A stretch of DNA of 64,000 bases from assembly GCA_965116925.1 (NCBI GenBank), contig OZ220744.1:1920001-1984000 (forward strand), in the 5' to 3' direction. Each line of letters starts with the position of its first letter. Position 1 is the stretch's first letter. The notes beneath the pieces were generated by a model. It searched no databases. It had not been told where the DNA came from and saw only the letters and a list, made by a program, of their open reading frames with translations. The position numbers were made by a program, and so were the translations under genes. Below are positions 1 to 8,738 of this stretch, piece by piece. Source of the stretch: Candidatus Poribacteria bacterium (GTDB lineage Bacteria; Poribacteria; WGA-4E; PCPOR2b).

Positions 1-1
1 T

Positions 2-877
2 CAGGATAACGAAGGGATTTCGTTTGCCGACATCGCGCTGCGTCATCAAGATGGGCGGTCTCTAGCATCCGTTCGGGTTCGGACAGCCGGACATACCCAC
101 ACAGGTGTCGCCAGTTTTGTCGTTGCAGAGGAAGGGCTAGAGCTTGTCTATGAGGATGGGTCGTGGGATTGTCGGGAGTGGCAGTGGTGGAAGGACCACG
201 GTCGCGGAGACGAAAAGTGGCCCCGACTCGTCCCAGCGACTTCCAGCTACGAGCAGCGAGGGGACACAATCTACGTCACAAGTCAATACACATGCGACAA
301 CATCCAGACCTGCCAAGAGTGGTTCTTCCAACCCCAAGATCGGAATGATGTACTCACATACAACTGCCGACAAACAATCCAGAATTGCGGTTCCGTTGAC
401 TTAATCGAGTATGCTCAATTTTTCGCCTGCTACACCGAAACTAACAGAGAGAAAAGCCAATTCTATTGGTCAGCGGACGGACAGTTCAAGAGTTTTGAAA
501 GCCTTGGCGGCAGACATCTAGACGCTTACATCGTTGCTCCCGGATCCACCTTCGAGCAACTCGGATTGATTCCACACGCACTGAGGGGTGGTGGCAAAGT
601 TGCAGATACTTGGTATAAGCCAGTGTTGGTGGGTCAGCCTAGCCCGAAAGGCTGGCGGCATATCGTTTTCACAGAGCCTGCTGCGACAGCCGGACTCGCC
701 TCTGGAATGGGTGGCATCGCAATGGACTACATTGCTTATCCGGGAACGGGAGTTTTCAAGCACGGCGAATCCTTTTCGATTCGCATCCAGCACCATATCA
801 TGAAAATGCCTGATTCCATTCAGATAGGTCTTGTCGAGGAACTTTGGGAGGCATTTGAGAGGGATCTCATCGGCTAA
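2..877 (+). CDS. Hypothetical protein, 5'-truncated by the window edge
   Basis: Frame 2 is open without stops from base 2 (QDNEGISFADIALRHQDG...) through the 566..877 ORF to TAA at 875-877. The ORF track only captured the part after the first TTG. Confidence 0.8.
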   Translation, partial: QDNEGISFADIALRHQDGRSLASVRVRTAGHTHTGVASFVVAEEGLELVYEDGSWDCREWQWWKDHGRGDEKWPRLVPATSSYEQRGDTIYVTSQYTCDNIQTCQEWFFQPQDRNDVLTYNCRQTIQNCGSVDLIEYAQFFACYTETNREKSQFYWSADGQFKSFESLGGRHLDAYIVAPGSTFEQLGLIPHALRGGGKVADTWYKPVLVGQPSPKGWRHIVFTEPAATAGLASGMGGIAMDYIAYPGTGVFKHGESFSIRIQHHIMKMPDSIQIGLVEELWEAFERDLIG

Positions 878-882
878 GGGTG

Positions 883-1005
883 TAGGGTCATTTAGTTTTT
901 GGTTTTTTGACTGACTTTGGAACGACCCGAACCCGTAGGCGGGGCATCTTGCCCCGCCGTTGCGTTAACCAAGATACCGAGCTACGGAAGAATTAAATGA
1001 CCCTA
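883..1005. mobile_element. MITE A (ISAs1-like ends) carrying a GTAG REP-like hairpin
   Basis: Perfect 12-bp TIR TAGGGTCATTTA (883-894) / TAAATGACCCTA (994-1005). Flanked by 10-bp direct repeats GCTAAGGGTG (873-882) / ACTAAGGGTG (1006-1015). Internal hairpin GTA-GGCGGGGCA-TCT-TGCCCCGCC (935-958), starting with GTAG. Confidence 0.8.
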
Positions 1006-1015
1006 ACTAAGGGTG

Positions 1016-1208
1016 TAGGGCAATCGCATGTAAATATTGTGTAGGATTTACACCCTTGAATTGCGAAAATCATTTCCTATTTCATATCGTAGGTACAGAT
1101 TTCCAATCTGTACGTGCCCCAGGGCAGCACATCTACGCTACAACAGGGGATTACCCAGTGTTCTGATTGCCCAACTGACTAATTCCTATAACAGATGCGA
1201 TTGCCCTC
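1016..1208. mobile_element. MITE B (ISAs1-like ends) carrying a GTAG REP-like hairpin
   Basis: TIR TAGGGCAATCGCAT (1016-1029) / ATGCGATTGCCCTC (1195-1208). Flanked by ACTAAGGGTG and GCTAAGAGTG (1209-1218). Internal GTAG-GTACAGATT-TCC-AATCTGTAC (1089-1113). Confidence 0.8.
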
Positions 1209-1255
1209 GCTAAGAGTGTCTTATATATAGATCTATCAGCAGAATCGTGCTATAA

Positions 1256-1483
1256 TAACGCAAGTTGCTAGTTGAGAGACCAAGCACTATAAACCGAGTT
1301 TTTTCGGCAAAACTCGGTTTCTATCTGATCCTAACGACTTGAGTTATGTTATAGAATCCCAGTCGTCGTGCAAATAATCCCAATCGTGGCGCAGATTGCC
1401 TAATCTGCGATCCCCACATTACCTATTACGCTTCGTTTCACGATTCAGACAAACACCGGAACGACAACTAGCAACTTAGGTTA
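1256..1483. mobile_element. MITE C with two internal hairpins
   Basis: 19-bp TIR TAACGCAAGTTGCTAGTTG / CAACTAGCAACTTAGGTTA (17/19), possible TAA target duplication. Hairpins AAACCGAGTTTT..AAAACTCGGTTT (1291-1320) and CGCAGATT..AATCTGCG (1390-1409). Confidence 0.75.
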
Positions 1484-1545
1484 TAATATCGTCTAGTTTG
1501 ATGTGCATTCTCCTCTAAGAATCCCGCCTACTACGGAGTAAACCG

Positions 1546-2673
1546 ATGGAAACAAGCCTTGAGGAACAGAGAGAACAACTCATGCGCGAAGGATACGTCA
1601 TTGTACGCAACATCATCCCACCCGACGAATTAGAACAACTGCGTAAAAGTGTTGACACCATTATCGACAGAGCACCCCCTTCAAGCCGAGTAATGGTGAC
1701 CGAATGGGTTGACAAACAGACTGCCAACGCTGTGGAGTTCTATTTCGACGACCGCACCCTTGGCTTCACCCGCGAGCTGATGGACGCCCCTGATGTTGCC
1801 CCACAAGGAATGTGGGTGTTGTGTCATTCGGGAACGGGTTGGCACCGCGACATCCACCCAATTGATATGGCACCGCTTGATGGATTGCAAGAAGATATTC
1901 GACTCAACGGTCCACCCTATCTCCAATGGAATCTTCCGCTCTACGATGATAGCTACCTACATGTAATCCCCCGCAGCCATTTGCGCCGCAATACCGAAGC
2001 AGAAAGCAGATTGGAGCGTCGTATGGGGGTTGTTCCGCTGCCGGAAGAGATTACTGTAGACCTCAAAGCCGGTGATGGTCTTGTCTACATCAACGGCATC
2101 CTGCATAGCGCCACCCCAAACGGCGATGAGAAGCGGCGGACGCTTCATTTTGGATACCAATCATTTGGTGCCGAAGGATTTGTGCATTTTTTCCTCCCTA
2201 CCACAATGGGCGTGGACTTTGTGGAACATTTGTCGCCGGAGGCGGCTGAGATGTGTCACCACTTTGAATCACTCCACGCTAAACGGCATGACAACATTGC
2301 ATTCACACTCCGCGCTATCCTTGAGAAAGATGCACCTGCATTTACAGAAGGATTGCACCGGATTCACCGCAGTGAGCATGCCCGCATGACAACACTGGTT
2401 GTCCTGTCAAAGATTGCTTATATGATTCGCACATACCAAGATTCCGATTCAGAAGAGTCTAGCAACGGACCCCGCATCCAACGCATGGCAGACCGTTTTA
2501 CCCCCGACGAATTGGAACAACTCTGGCAGCGATTCGCCATCCTCGATCGCAAACTGCAATCGGACACGGAGCAATACGAACCGCTGTTTCAGAGTGGTCC
2601 AATGCAGTATCTCTTTTATGACATGCCTCAAGATTTCGGCGTTGATGACTTCATCGCGAGTTGGAATGGGTGA
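1546..2673 (+). CDS. Phytanoyl-CoA dioxygenase (PhyH) family Fe(II)/2-oxoglutarate oxygenase with C-terminal extension
   Basis: N-terminal EGYVIVRN, HxD motif (WHRD), distal His (LHSA), GGAG RBS. Confidence 0.85.
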   Translation: METSLEEQREQLMREGYVIVRNIIPPDELEQLRKSVDTIIDRAPPSSRVMVTEWVDKQTANAVEFYFDDRTLGFTRELMDAPDVAPQGMWVLCHSGTGWHRDIHPIDMAPLDGLQEDIRLNGPPYLQWNLPLYDDSYLHVIPRSHLRRNTEAESRLERRMGVVPLPEEITVDLKAGDGLVYINGILHSATPNGDEKRRTLHFGYQSFGAEGFVHFFLPTTMGVDFVEHLSPEAAEMCHHFESLHAKRHDNIAFTLRAILEKDAPAFTEGLHRIHRSEHARMTTLVVLSKIAYMIRTYQDSDSEESSNGPRIQRMADRFTPDELEQLWQRFAILDRKLQSDTEQYEPLFQSGPMQYLFYDMPQDFGVDDFIASWNG

Positions 2674-2743
2674 AAACCGTCAGCCAATTGAGGCGTTTAG
2701 CATACTGTTTCGGTGGACATAAAACTTAGTAAAGGAGCCTATC

Positions 2744-3682
2744 ATGTCTCAACGTCTGGTTTACTTCAACGGAGAATTTATTCCCGAACAGGAAGCACGT
2801 ATTTCCATCTTCGACTCCGCGCTGCTGTTCGGCGATATGGTTTTTGAGGTCACCCGTACCTTTAACCAGAAACCCTTTCGCCTGCGCGAACATCTAGAGC
2901 GGCTCTACGGGTCGATACGCTATGCGGAAATCGACTGCGGTCTTACCATAGACGAAATGGAAGCCGCTACCTATGAGACTATTGAGAGGAACCTACCCGC
3001 TCTCAATGACTTGGACTTTCAGATTATGCACGATTTGACCCGTGGAGGTTACCCTCTTTACCAAGGCCTCATCAAAGAAGGTGCCTCCCCCATCGTATCT
3101 ATTAACGTCTTCCCACTCATCCGTCACGTTGGCGGCCAAGCTGATAAGTATGAAACTGGATCTCACTTTGTCATCACACCGCAGCAATCGGTGCCCTCTC
3201 GTTATATCGATCCCAAGGCGAAAAACCGGAGTCGCATCTTCTACAAACTTGCTGAACTTCACGCGAGCAAGCTGGAAGAGGGCGCGATGGCGCTGCTGAC
3301 CGACGAGCACGGTTTTATCACCGAAGGCACAGGCAACAACTTCTTCATAGCGCGGGATGGTGAGATTTTCACCTCAAAACCCAACGACATTCTGCGTGGG
3401 GTTTCTCGTCACGCTTGTATGGACATCGCCTCCTCACTCGGCATTCCTGTCCACGAAGCAGACATCGAACCCTACGATGTACGGGAGGCGGATGAAGCTT
3501 GGTGGACTAGTACCACCATCTGCATGATGCCAGTCACCCGATTCAATTTCCAGCCAGTCGGCGACGGAAAACCCGGCCGCATCTACTTGCGACTGCTTGA
3601 TGCTTGGTCGAAGGAAGTTGGGGTAAACATTCCTGCCCAAGCACGCGAATACGCGGAACTCGGTAAAACTTGGACACCGTAA
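2744..3682 (+). CDS. PLP-dependent aminotransferase class IV (IlvE/PabC/D-amino-acid transaminase-like)
   Basis: VYFNGEF, FGDMVFE, HLERL, catalytic-Lys region PKAKNRSR, EGTGNNFF, LRGVSR. AAGGAG RBS. Confidence 0.9.
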   Translation: MSQRLVYFNGEFIPEQEARISIFDSALLFGDMVFEVTRTFNQKPFRLREHLERLYGSIRYAEIDCGLTIDEMEAATYETIERNLPALNDLDFQIMHDLTRGGYPLYQGLIKEGASPIVSINVFPLIRHVGGQADKYETGSHFVITPQQSVPSRYIDPKAKNRSRIFYKLAELHASKLEEGAMALLTDEHGFITEGTGNNFFIARDGEIFTSKPNDILRGVSRHACMDIASSLGIPVHEADIEPYDVREADEAWWTSTTICMMPVTRFNFQPVGDGKPGRIYLRLLDAWSKEVGVNIPAQAREYAELGKTWTP

Positions 3683-3719
3683 TCCTGCTTCTTGGACTTC
3701 CTTTAAGGAGAACGCAATA

Positions 3720-4550
3720 GTGGTGAGATTAAACAATGCAACGAATACCCCCAGATCAGTAGAAGGACCGGGACAACTCCTAAAGCGCCAATTGCAAAGC
3801 GGCGATGTCCTTGTCGGCGGTATGGTCGCTGAGCACCTCCGTCCGTCGCTGGTAAAGCTGTATGTGCAAGCGGGTTTCGATTTTATGTATATTGAGTACG
3901 AGCACGGCTTCTTCGAGATGACCACATTTGCGGATTCTGTTTTATGTGCCCGGGACAATAATCTTCCCGTCATCGCCAAGACGCCGCAGTTGGAACGCGC
4001 CGAGGTAGCAAAGTTACTGGAGTGTGGAGTCGTCGGAATTCAACTGCCCCGCACTGAGACGCGGGAAGAGGTCGAAATGCTTCGCAGCTACCTCAAGTTT
4101 CCACCCGCTGGTACGCGGGCGGTCGCACCCGGGTATGGCAACAGCAACTACCTTCAGCCAGCTGACTGGAAGACGTGGATGACTGAACAGGATGAAGAAA
4201 CAACGCTGGTCGTTCATATCGAAACTCGACGCGCTTACGAAAACGCCGAAGAAATCATCGGTACGCCGGGGGTGGATATGGTCTATGTTGGTCCGGGTGA
4301 TTTTTCCATCGAAATGGGACACCCCGGTGATTATGATCATCCAGCAGTCACAGGTCCAATGGGAGAAATTCTCGAAATCTGCAAGAAGCACGGTGTTTAC
4401 TTCGGTACAACCGCATCTAACGCAAGTGCAGCGCAGGAATGGGTAGGACGTGGAGCGCAGTTTTTTGAGACCGCAGATGAGTTGGCTTTCATCCATGAAG
4501 CAGCATCGAATCTGGTAAAAGAGTATCGCCAGTTTACGCAGAATGGTTAA
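3720..4550 (+). CDS. HpcH/HpaI (class II pyruvate) aldolase family protein
   Basis: GFDFMYIEYEHG, KFPPAGTR, HIET, YVGPGDFSIEMG motifs. AAGGAG RBS before the GTG start. Confidence 0.9.
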   Translation: MVRLNNATNTPRSVEGPGQLLKRQLQSGDVLVGGMVAEHLRPSLVKLYVQAGFDFMYIEYEHGFFEMTTFADSVLCARDNNLPVIAKTPQLERAEVAKLLECGVVGIQLPRTETREEVEMLRSYLKFPPAGTRAVAPGYGNSNYLQPADWKTWMTEQDEETTLVVHIETRRAYENAEEIIGTPGVDMVYVGPGDFSIEMGHPGDYDHPAVTGPMGEILEICKKHGVYFGTTASNASAAQEWVGRGAQFFETADELAFIHEAASNLVKEYRQFTQNG

Positions 4551-4555
4551 TCACT

Positions 4556-4718
4556 TAGGAGTTACGCACTTCAGTAGGGAACGCAGATCTGCGTTCTCTA
4601 CGGACTCCTTATGGAGCCTCTGCTGTAGTTGCCCGATTCATCGGGCGTTGGAGATAGTGTCTTGCGGCGATAAATCGCCGAACTACAGGGATCTGAGTGT
4701 TCAACTGCGTAAGTCCTA
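4556..4718. mobile_element. MITE D carrying three REP-like hairpins
   Basis: TIR TAGGAGTTACGCA / TGCGTAAGTCCTA (12/13) with an exact 5-bp TSD TCACT (4551-4555, 4719-4723). Cargo: GTAGGGAACGCAGATCTGCGTTCTCTAC (4574-4601) and an inverted GTAG...CTAC hairpin doublet (4625-4686). Confidence 0.85.
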
Positions 4719-4744
4719 TCACTATTAAAATCTAGGTTATGACC

Positions 4745-4801
4745 CCGGTAGGTGCGGTTTGCAACCGCACCGGATATGTGCAGTTGGAAACAGTGCCTAC
4801 C
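4745..4801. repeat. REP-like doublet, GTAGGTGCGGTTTNYAACCGCACC family
   Basis: CCGGTAGGTGCGGTTTGCAACCGCACCGG followed by a degenerate inverted copy ending CCTACC. Same family at 27661, 27719 and 46392. Confidence 0.8.
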
Positions 4802-4886
4802 AAACATGGCGGGCGACAGTGTCTATTTATTTTCAGAGTTCACCATATATGTGGTAAGCCGCCCATTAATGGAAGGACAGCAGCCT

Positions 4887-6119
4887 ATGAAAACCCACCC
4901 GGAGCATACTTGGGGACACACCCTCCCATTCGGGGAAGAGTACTATCAAAACGCAGTCAAATTATTGCAGAACATCCGTGATGATGCGGGGATTATGGCT
5001 GAAGTTGCGACAAAGGCGGCTGATGCTATCCGAACCGGCAACAAGGTCTATGCCAACATAACGACGGGACACATGCCAACATACGAGTTGGTGAACGATC
5101 GTGAGGGCAATCCGGCACAGTTTGAGTTTACCGGAGCGGATACGTGTACACCGGAGCAATTTGCAGCGATGCGAGCGGGCGATGTGCTACTCACCAACCA
5201 CGTCAGCGAAGCGGTACGAGATGCCCGTGATACCGGTGTGTATGTCGCTGTGTTCACCACCTGCTACGTCAACAACCGAGATACGCCTCCGGGAAAGGTT
5301 GTGCCGAACCCCCATGATTGGGTGCCAGAAGATGTGGCATCGCGTGTCATTGATTCGCATATTCCGTGGCATCAAGGGTTGGTGCGTGCACCTGCAATCC
5401 CAGAGATGGAAATTTGCCCTGGATCGGCAAACGGGACATGTGCGATCCACTGGATGATCACCGCTGAAGTTGCCCATACATTGGCGACGGATCGTCCACC
5501 AACGGGAGCTATTGGGCATCAGTATGTTGATATTCTCTTAGAGCGACTTACTGACGTTCATACTGAAGACCTAGACCACATCAACAAAATCGCGGTAGTA
5601 ATAGCAAAACGAATCATCGACGGTGGACATTACTACGTGCGGAGTCGGAACGAGGGGATTCAGAGTGAGGCAAATGGGGTGGCGCAAGGGTTGATGATGT
5701 GCAACGCTTTTGAACCACGTCCCGCGAGTGAGGGCGGTGATAAGGATGTTTTTCTGATTGCTGCGGTCAGTGCGAACGACCCACAAGAGCTTGCTTGGGC
5801 GGACGAAGCCCAAGCCAACGGTAACTACCTCGTCGGTATCGGACCTTCCAATAACGATGGACTGCGCGATCGTTGCGATGTCTACTTCGACAACCGTTGT
5901 GACGAGGCAGCTGGTGTTATCCCCATCCCCGGTCAGCCCGATAAAGTCTGCCCCGCCACCGGCATCCTCAACAACATTATCATGTACATGCTCACAGCAC
6001 AGTTTGTAGATGAGATGTGCCGCCGTGGTGCGGTTCCGTACTTCTTTATGGGTGCCTATCGTGACGGCAGTGATTATAATAGCGTGATGCGTCCCTTCTG
6101 TTTGGAACGTGGATATTAG
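4887..6119 (+). CDS. Hypothetical protein with two tandem SIS-like (sugar isomerase) domains
   Basis: Start moved to ATG 4887 (GAAGGA RBS; the upstream part of the track ORF lies in repeats). Two similar halves end in ICPGSANG..MITAEV and VCPATGI..MLTAQFV. The SIS fold is inference. Confidence 0.65.
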   Translation: MKTHPEHTWGHTLPFGEEYYQNAVKLLQNIRDDAGIMAEVATKAADAIRTGNKVYANITTGHMPTYELVNDREGNPAQFEFTGADTCTPEQFAAMRAGDVLLTNHVSEAVRDARDTGVYVAVFTTCYVNNRDTPPGKVVPNPHDWVPEDVASRVIDSHIPWHQGLVRAPAIPEMEICPGSANGTCAIHWMITAEVAHTLATDRPPTGAIGHQYVDILLERLTDVHTEDLDHINKIAVVIAKRIIDGGHYYVRSRNEGIQSEANGVAQGLMMCNAFEPRPASEGGDKDVFLIAAVSANDPQELAWADEAQANGNYLVGIGPSNNDGLRDRCDVYFDNRCDEAAGVIPIPGQPDKVCPATGILNNIIMYMLTAQFVDEMCRRGAVPYFFMGAYRDGSDYNSVMRPFCLERGY

Positions 6120-6155
6120 TACACAGATAGGGTCATTTATGGTGAATTCTAAAAC

Positions 6156-6514
6156 TACTAAAGTTAGTACAATCTGTGTATTTTTCATGCAGCCTTATCA
6201 CGGGTTTTTTGAATATCGGTTGATTTGTTATTTTCATCGTTAGTCGCAGAAAATAACCGCCCCTCAATCAATGCAGAGAGATACTTAGCCATCAACCCGC
6301 GTGTCAACTTAGGGGGTCGATACCAATCAATGCCTAATGCTCGACACACTTGGTCAACGGTTATTGCCCCGTGTTTGGCATCAGGTGTATAGAATAGCCA
6401 TTAAGTCAAGCAGCTCGCCACGAAACTAAGTTGGACCAATCGATTGATACTTTGATGGGATTTAACACGATAGGTGTCAAATCCGAAGTTCTGCTTGACA
6501 TCTCGAAATAAGGT
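6156..6514 (-). pseudogene. Truncated IS701-like element: one TIR plus the C-terminal transposase fragment
   Basis: Aligns to 28448-28800 (e.g. CCATCAACCCGCGTGTCAACTTAG, GATAGGTGTCAAATCCGAAG). Translates LFRDVKQNFGFDTYRVKSHQSINRLVQLSFVASCLT* with a premature stop at 6401-6403. End TACTAAAGTTAGTACAAT. Confidence 0.9.
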
Positions 6515-6924
6515 ATATGTCAACAACCTTGAAAGGCTACTTTTTCCCGCGTGGTACACCGCCTGTTTTTCCAAGAATTACCATAATGCGTCCATGTGGG
6601 CAAACTATGGAGACGGACATAAAGGAGCATGTCTGATTTTTGATTCTGCAATAACAGATGCACCTCATAGTTTATTTCCGGATCTGCGAAGTGTACCGGC
6701 TAAAGCAATATGGGGTTCAGATATTTCGTATGAAGCCAAACCTGTTGTTGAAAGGCATCATCTTCGGAATCAGGACCTCCGACGAAGACATATTGAGAAT
6801 CATTCATATTATTCAAGACAAAGGGCGGGATAATTTTGAGCTTTATCAGGCATACTACTCCCCAAGACATTGTGACATTCAAAAGGGTAGCTTGCCTCCG
6901 CGCTTTGAAAGGCTTACACGTTGA
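6515..6924 (+). pseudogene. DUF2971-like gene remnant (5' lost, internal deletion and frameshift)
   Basis: CFSKNYHNASMWANYGDGHKGACLIF is the DUF2971-type signature. The C-terminal LKGIIFGIRTS...ELYQAYY segment is in another frame after about 6745. Confidence 0.7.
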
Positions 6925-6979
6925 AAACCAGCGAAATGACGAGAATTATTGATAAACCGCATCACTTGGTCGCACCTTA

Positions 6980-8449
6980 TCACTTCACTGCTTTCTTGGC
7001 TTCCTTGAACTTCTCTTTGGCAAATGCTCTCCATTCCTTCAGCTTCTGGTTACGGAAGTCTGGCTTTTGCCACTGGCTTTGAGGGGGCTCGGTCGCTGCC
7101 ATTTCTGTTGTTGAAACGTTGCCCCCTGTTTGTGCCGCTGCTTGTGTTGCTGGAACGTTACCCTCTCCCGGTGTTGGGCTCACATCAGGTATTTCAGACA
7201 GTGCTAGTGCCTCTGCTTCCGTGATTGGCACCTGACCCAAGATCTGAATCGCGGCAGCGCGCTTCTCTGGATCTTTGCTTTTATTGATGGCTTTCCATGC
7301 GCTGACCAGATCCTTGTGCGGTTCAATGACAAGCGCACCGATGAGATCTCCCACAATGTCCCACCGTATCCCACCTTTTACCGCATCGTAGTCAATCGGT
7401 GTCAGATCCAACTCAAACGGGTTAGCGGCAACACAGCGGTCTCCAAGTTCATCGTAGAGAGCCGGGATAACGCTGCTACGGTTCAATCCCCCTTTCCACT
7501 TCGGTCCCTCTGGGTCGGTGTCGCGTAACACCCACAGTTTTTGTGCTTCGTCCGAAAGGACAAAATCGAGGAATTTCTGGGCGACCGTCATATTGGGTGC
7601 CCCTTTAAGAATAGCGATTGAATCAGGACTGACAACCGCAGCGTCAGGCGGTACGACGTAATGAATTTTGTCTGCACCGATCTCGGCAATCTTACCGAAG
7701 GCGTAGAAGTCAATTGCCATGCCGTAGATGACCTGCCCCATCCCAACATCGGCGGGGATTACATTTGACCCTGCGGAAAATCCCCTGACATTCGCACCGA
7801 GCTGCGTAATTAACTCAAAGCCTTTCTCCCAGCCGTAGCCTTGCAAAATAAGTTCATACATCATGTGCGCGCTCCCGCTTTCGCGGGGATCAGCTGCGCC
7901 GACGCGGTTGATGAGTTTGGGGTGTGTCAGATCGCTCCATGTGTGGACTTCGGGTAGATTGAAAAGCGCCCGTAACTCCTCATTGTACATAATTCCAAAA
8001 CTTGACAGTGCTGCACCGTACCAACGGTATTCTGGATCATAGACGGGGATGCCAAAAATTTCTTTCGGGATTCGTGCCAACTGAGTTTCTGAGAGTTTGT
8101 AGGGGGCTAGCAAACCTTTAGCAGCGAGCTTGAGGTAGTTGTCTGTCCCGCCACCGAAAAAGAGATCTATCCCGATACCTTCGGGCAACCGCTTGAACTC
8201 TGATTCGATGAAACGAAAATCAGAAGAGGATCCGCCCTGATCCAGCCAATCGACAGTGACTTGGCGTCCTGTCTCCTTGGTGTACCACGCCTTAAAGGCG
8301 GTATCGAACTCTGTTTCGATCCCTTCCCAGTGTGGCGATATAATGACCAGTTTATCTTGGGCGGATGCAGTTTGTCCGCCGATCAGCGCGATGACAGTAC
8401 AAAGGGTGATGAGGGTTGCAAAAGTTAATCTATTCTTAAATTTTGACAT
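6980..8449 (-). CDS. ABC transporter substrate-binding protein (Fe3+/AfuA-like)
   Basis: Signal peptide, LVIISPH, DLFFGGG, ADPRESGS, PDSIAILKGAPN. No permease or ATPase adjacent. Confidence 0.85.
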   Translation of the reverse strand: MSKFKNRLTFATLITLCTVIALIGGQTASAQDKLVIISPHWEGIETEFDTAFKAWYTKETGRQVTVDWLDQGGSSSDFRFIESEFKRLPEGIGIDLFFGGGTDNYLKLAAKGLLAPYKLSETQLARIPKEIFGIPVYDPEYRWYGAALSSFGIMYNEELRALFNLPEVHTWSDLTHPKLINRVGAADPRESGSAHMMYELILQGYGWEKGFELITQLGANVRGFSAGSNVIPADVGMGQVIYGMAIDFYAFGKIAEIGADKIHYVVPPDAAVVSPDSIAILKGAPNMTVAQKFLDFVLSDEAQKLWVLRDTDPEGPKWKGGLNRSSVIPALYDELGDRCVAANPFELDLTPIDYDAVKGGIRWDIVGDLIGALVIEPHKDLVSAWKAINKSKDPEKRAAAIQILGQVPITEAEALALSEIPDVSPTPGEGNVPATQAAAQTGGNVSTTEMAATEPPQSQWQKPDFRNQKLKEWRAFAKEKFKEAKKAVK

Positions 8450-8545
8450 AGTGATATATCCTTGTTAGTGAGGTTGTGAATGATGCGAATCTCACAAATC
8501 GTGTGGATTTGAATCCGCATTTATCAGGTGAATCGGTGGTAGCAG

Positions 8546-8677
8546 TTAGACGGGCAGCCAGCGGACAATTGCTGACATTTTCCACATCATAATCAGAATT
8601 ATTGCTAGCAAAATAAGATACCATATAACGCGCTTCCATGAGCCCCTGCGTCGAACGGGACGATCTGAAAGTTTCAT
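8546..8677 (-). CDS. Small single-pass membrane protein (43 aa), below the ORF-track cutoff
   Basis: ATG at 8677 preceded by AGGAGGT. Translates MKLSDRPVRRRGSWKRVIWYLILLAIILIMMWKMSAIVRWLPV*: basic N-terminus plus hydrophobic helix, co-directional with both neighbours. Confidence 0.65.
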   Translation of the reverse strand: MKLSDRPVRRRGSWKRVIWYLILLAIILIMMWKMSAIVRWLPV

Positions 8678-8738
8678 TCTGTCAGTTTACCTCCTGTGAG
8701 TTGTTAGTATAGTTTTATCATATGATGCGATGACAGGA

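Noticed and set aside
137..803. Short ORFs 137..373, 144..404, 163..348, 518..796 and 588..803
   Set aside because: Alternative frames of a single long frame-2 CDS (2..877).
873..1218. Possible mini CRISPR array (three direct repeats with unique spacers)
   Set aside because: Repeats are only 10 bp, spacers are 123 and 193 bp with their own TIRs, and no cas genes are present. Better explained as target-site duplications.
4543..4981. ORFs 4543..4728, 4598..4807, 4739..4981 and the N-terminal 45 aa of 4752..6119
   Set aside because: They run through MITE/REP sequence. PVGAVCNRTG also appears in the spurious ORF at 46383 because it is the translated REP.
6474..6833. ORF 6474..6833 as an intact gene
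   Set aside because: It starts inside the antisense IS remnant and leaves the DUF2971-like frame near 6745, so it is chimeric.
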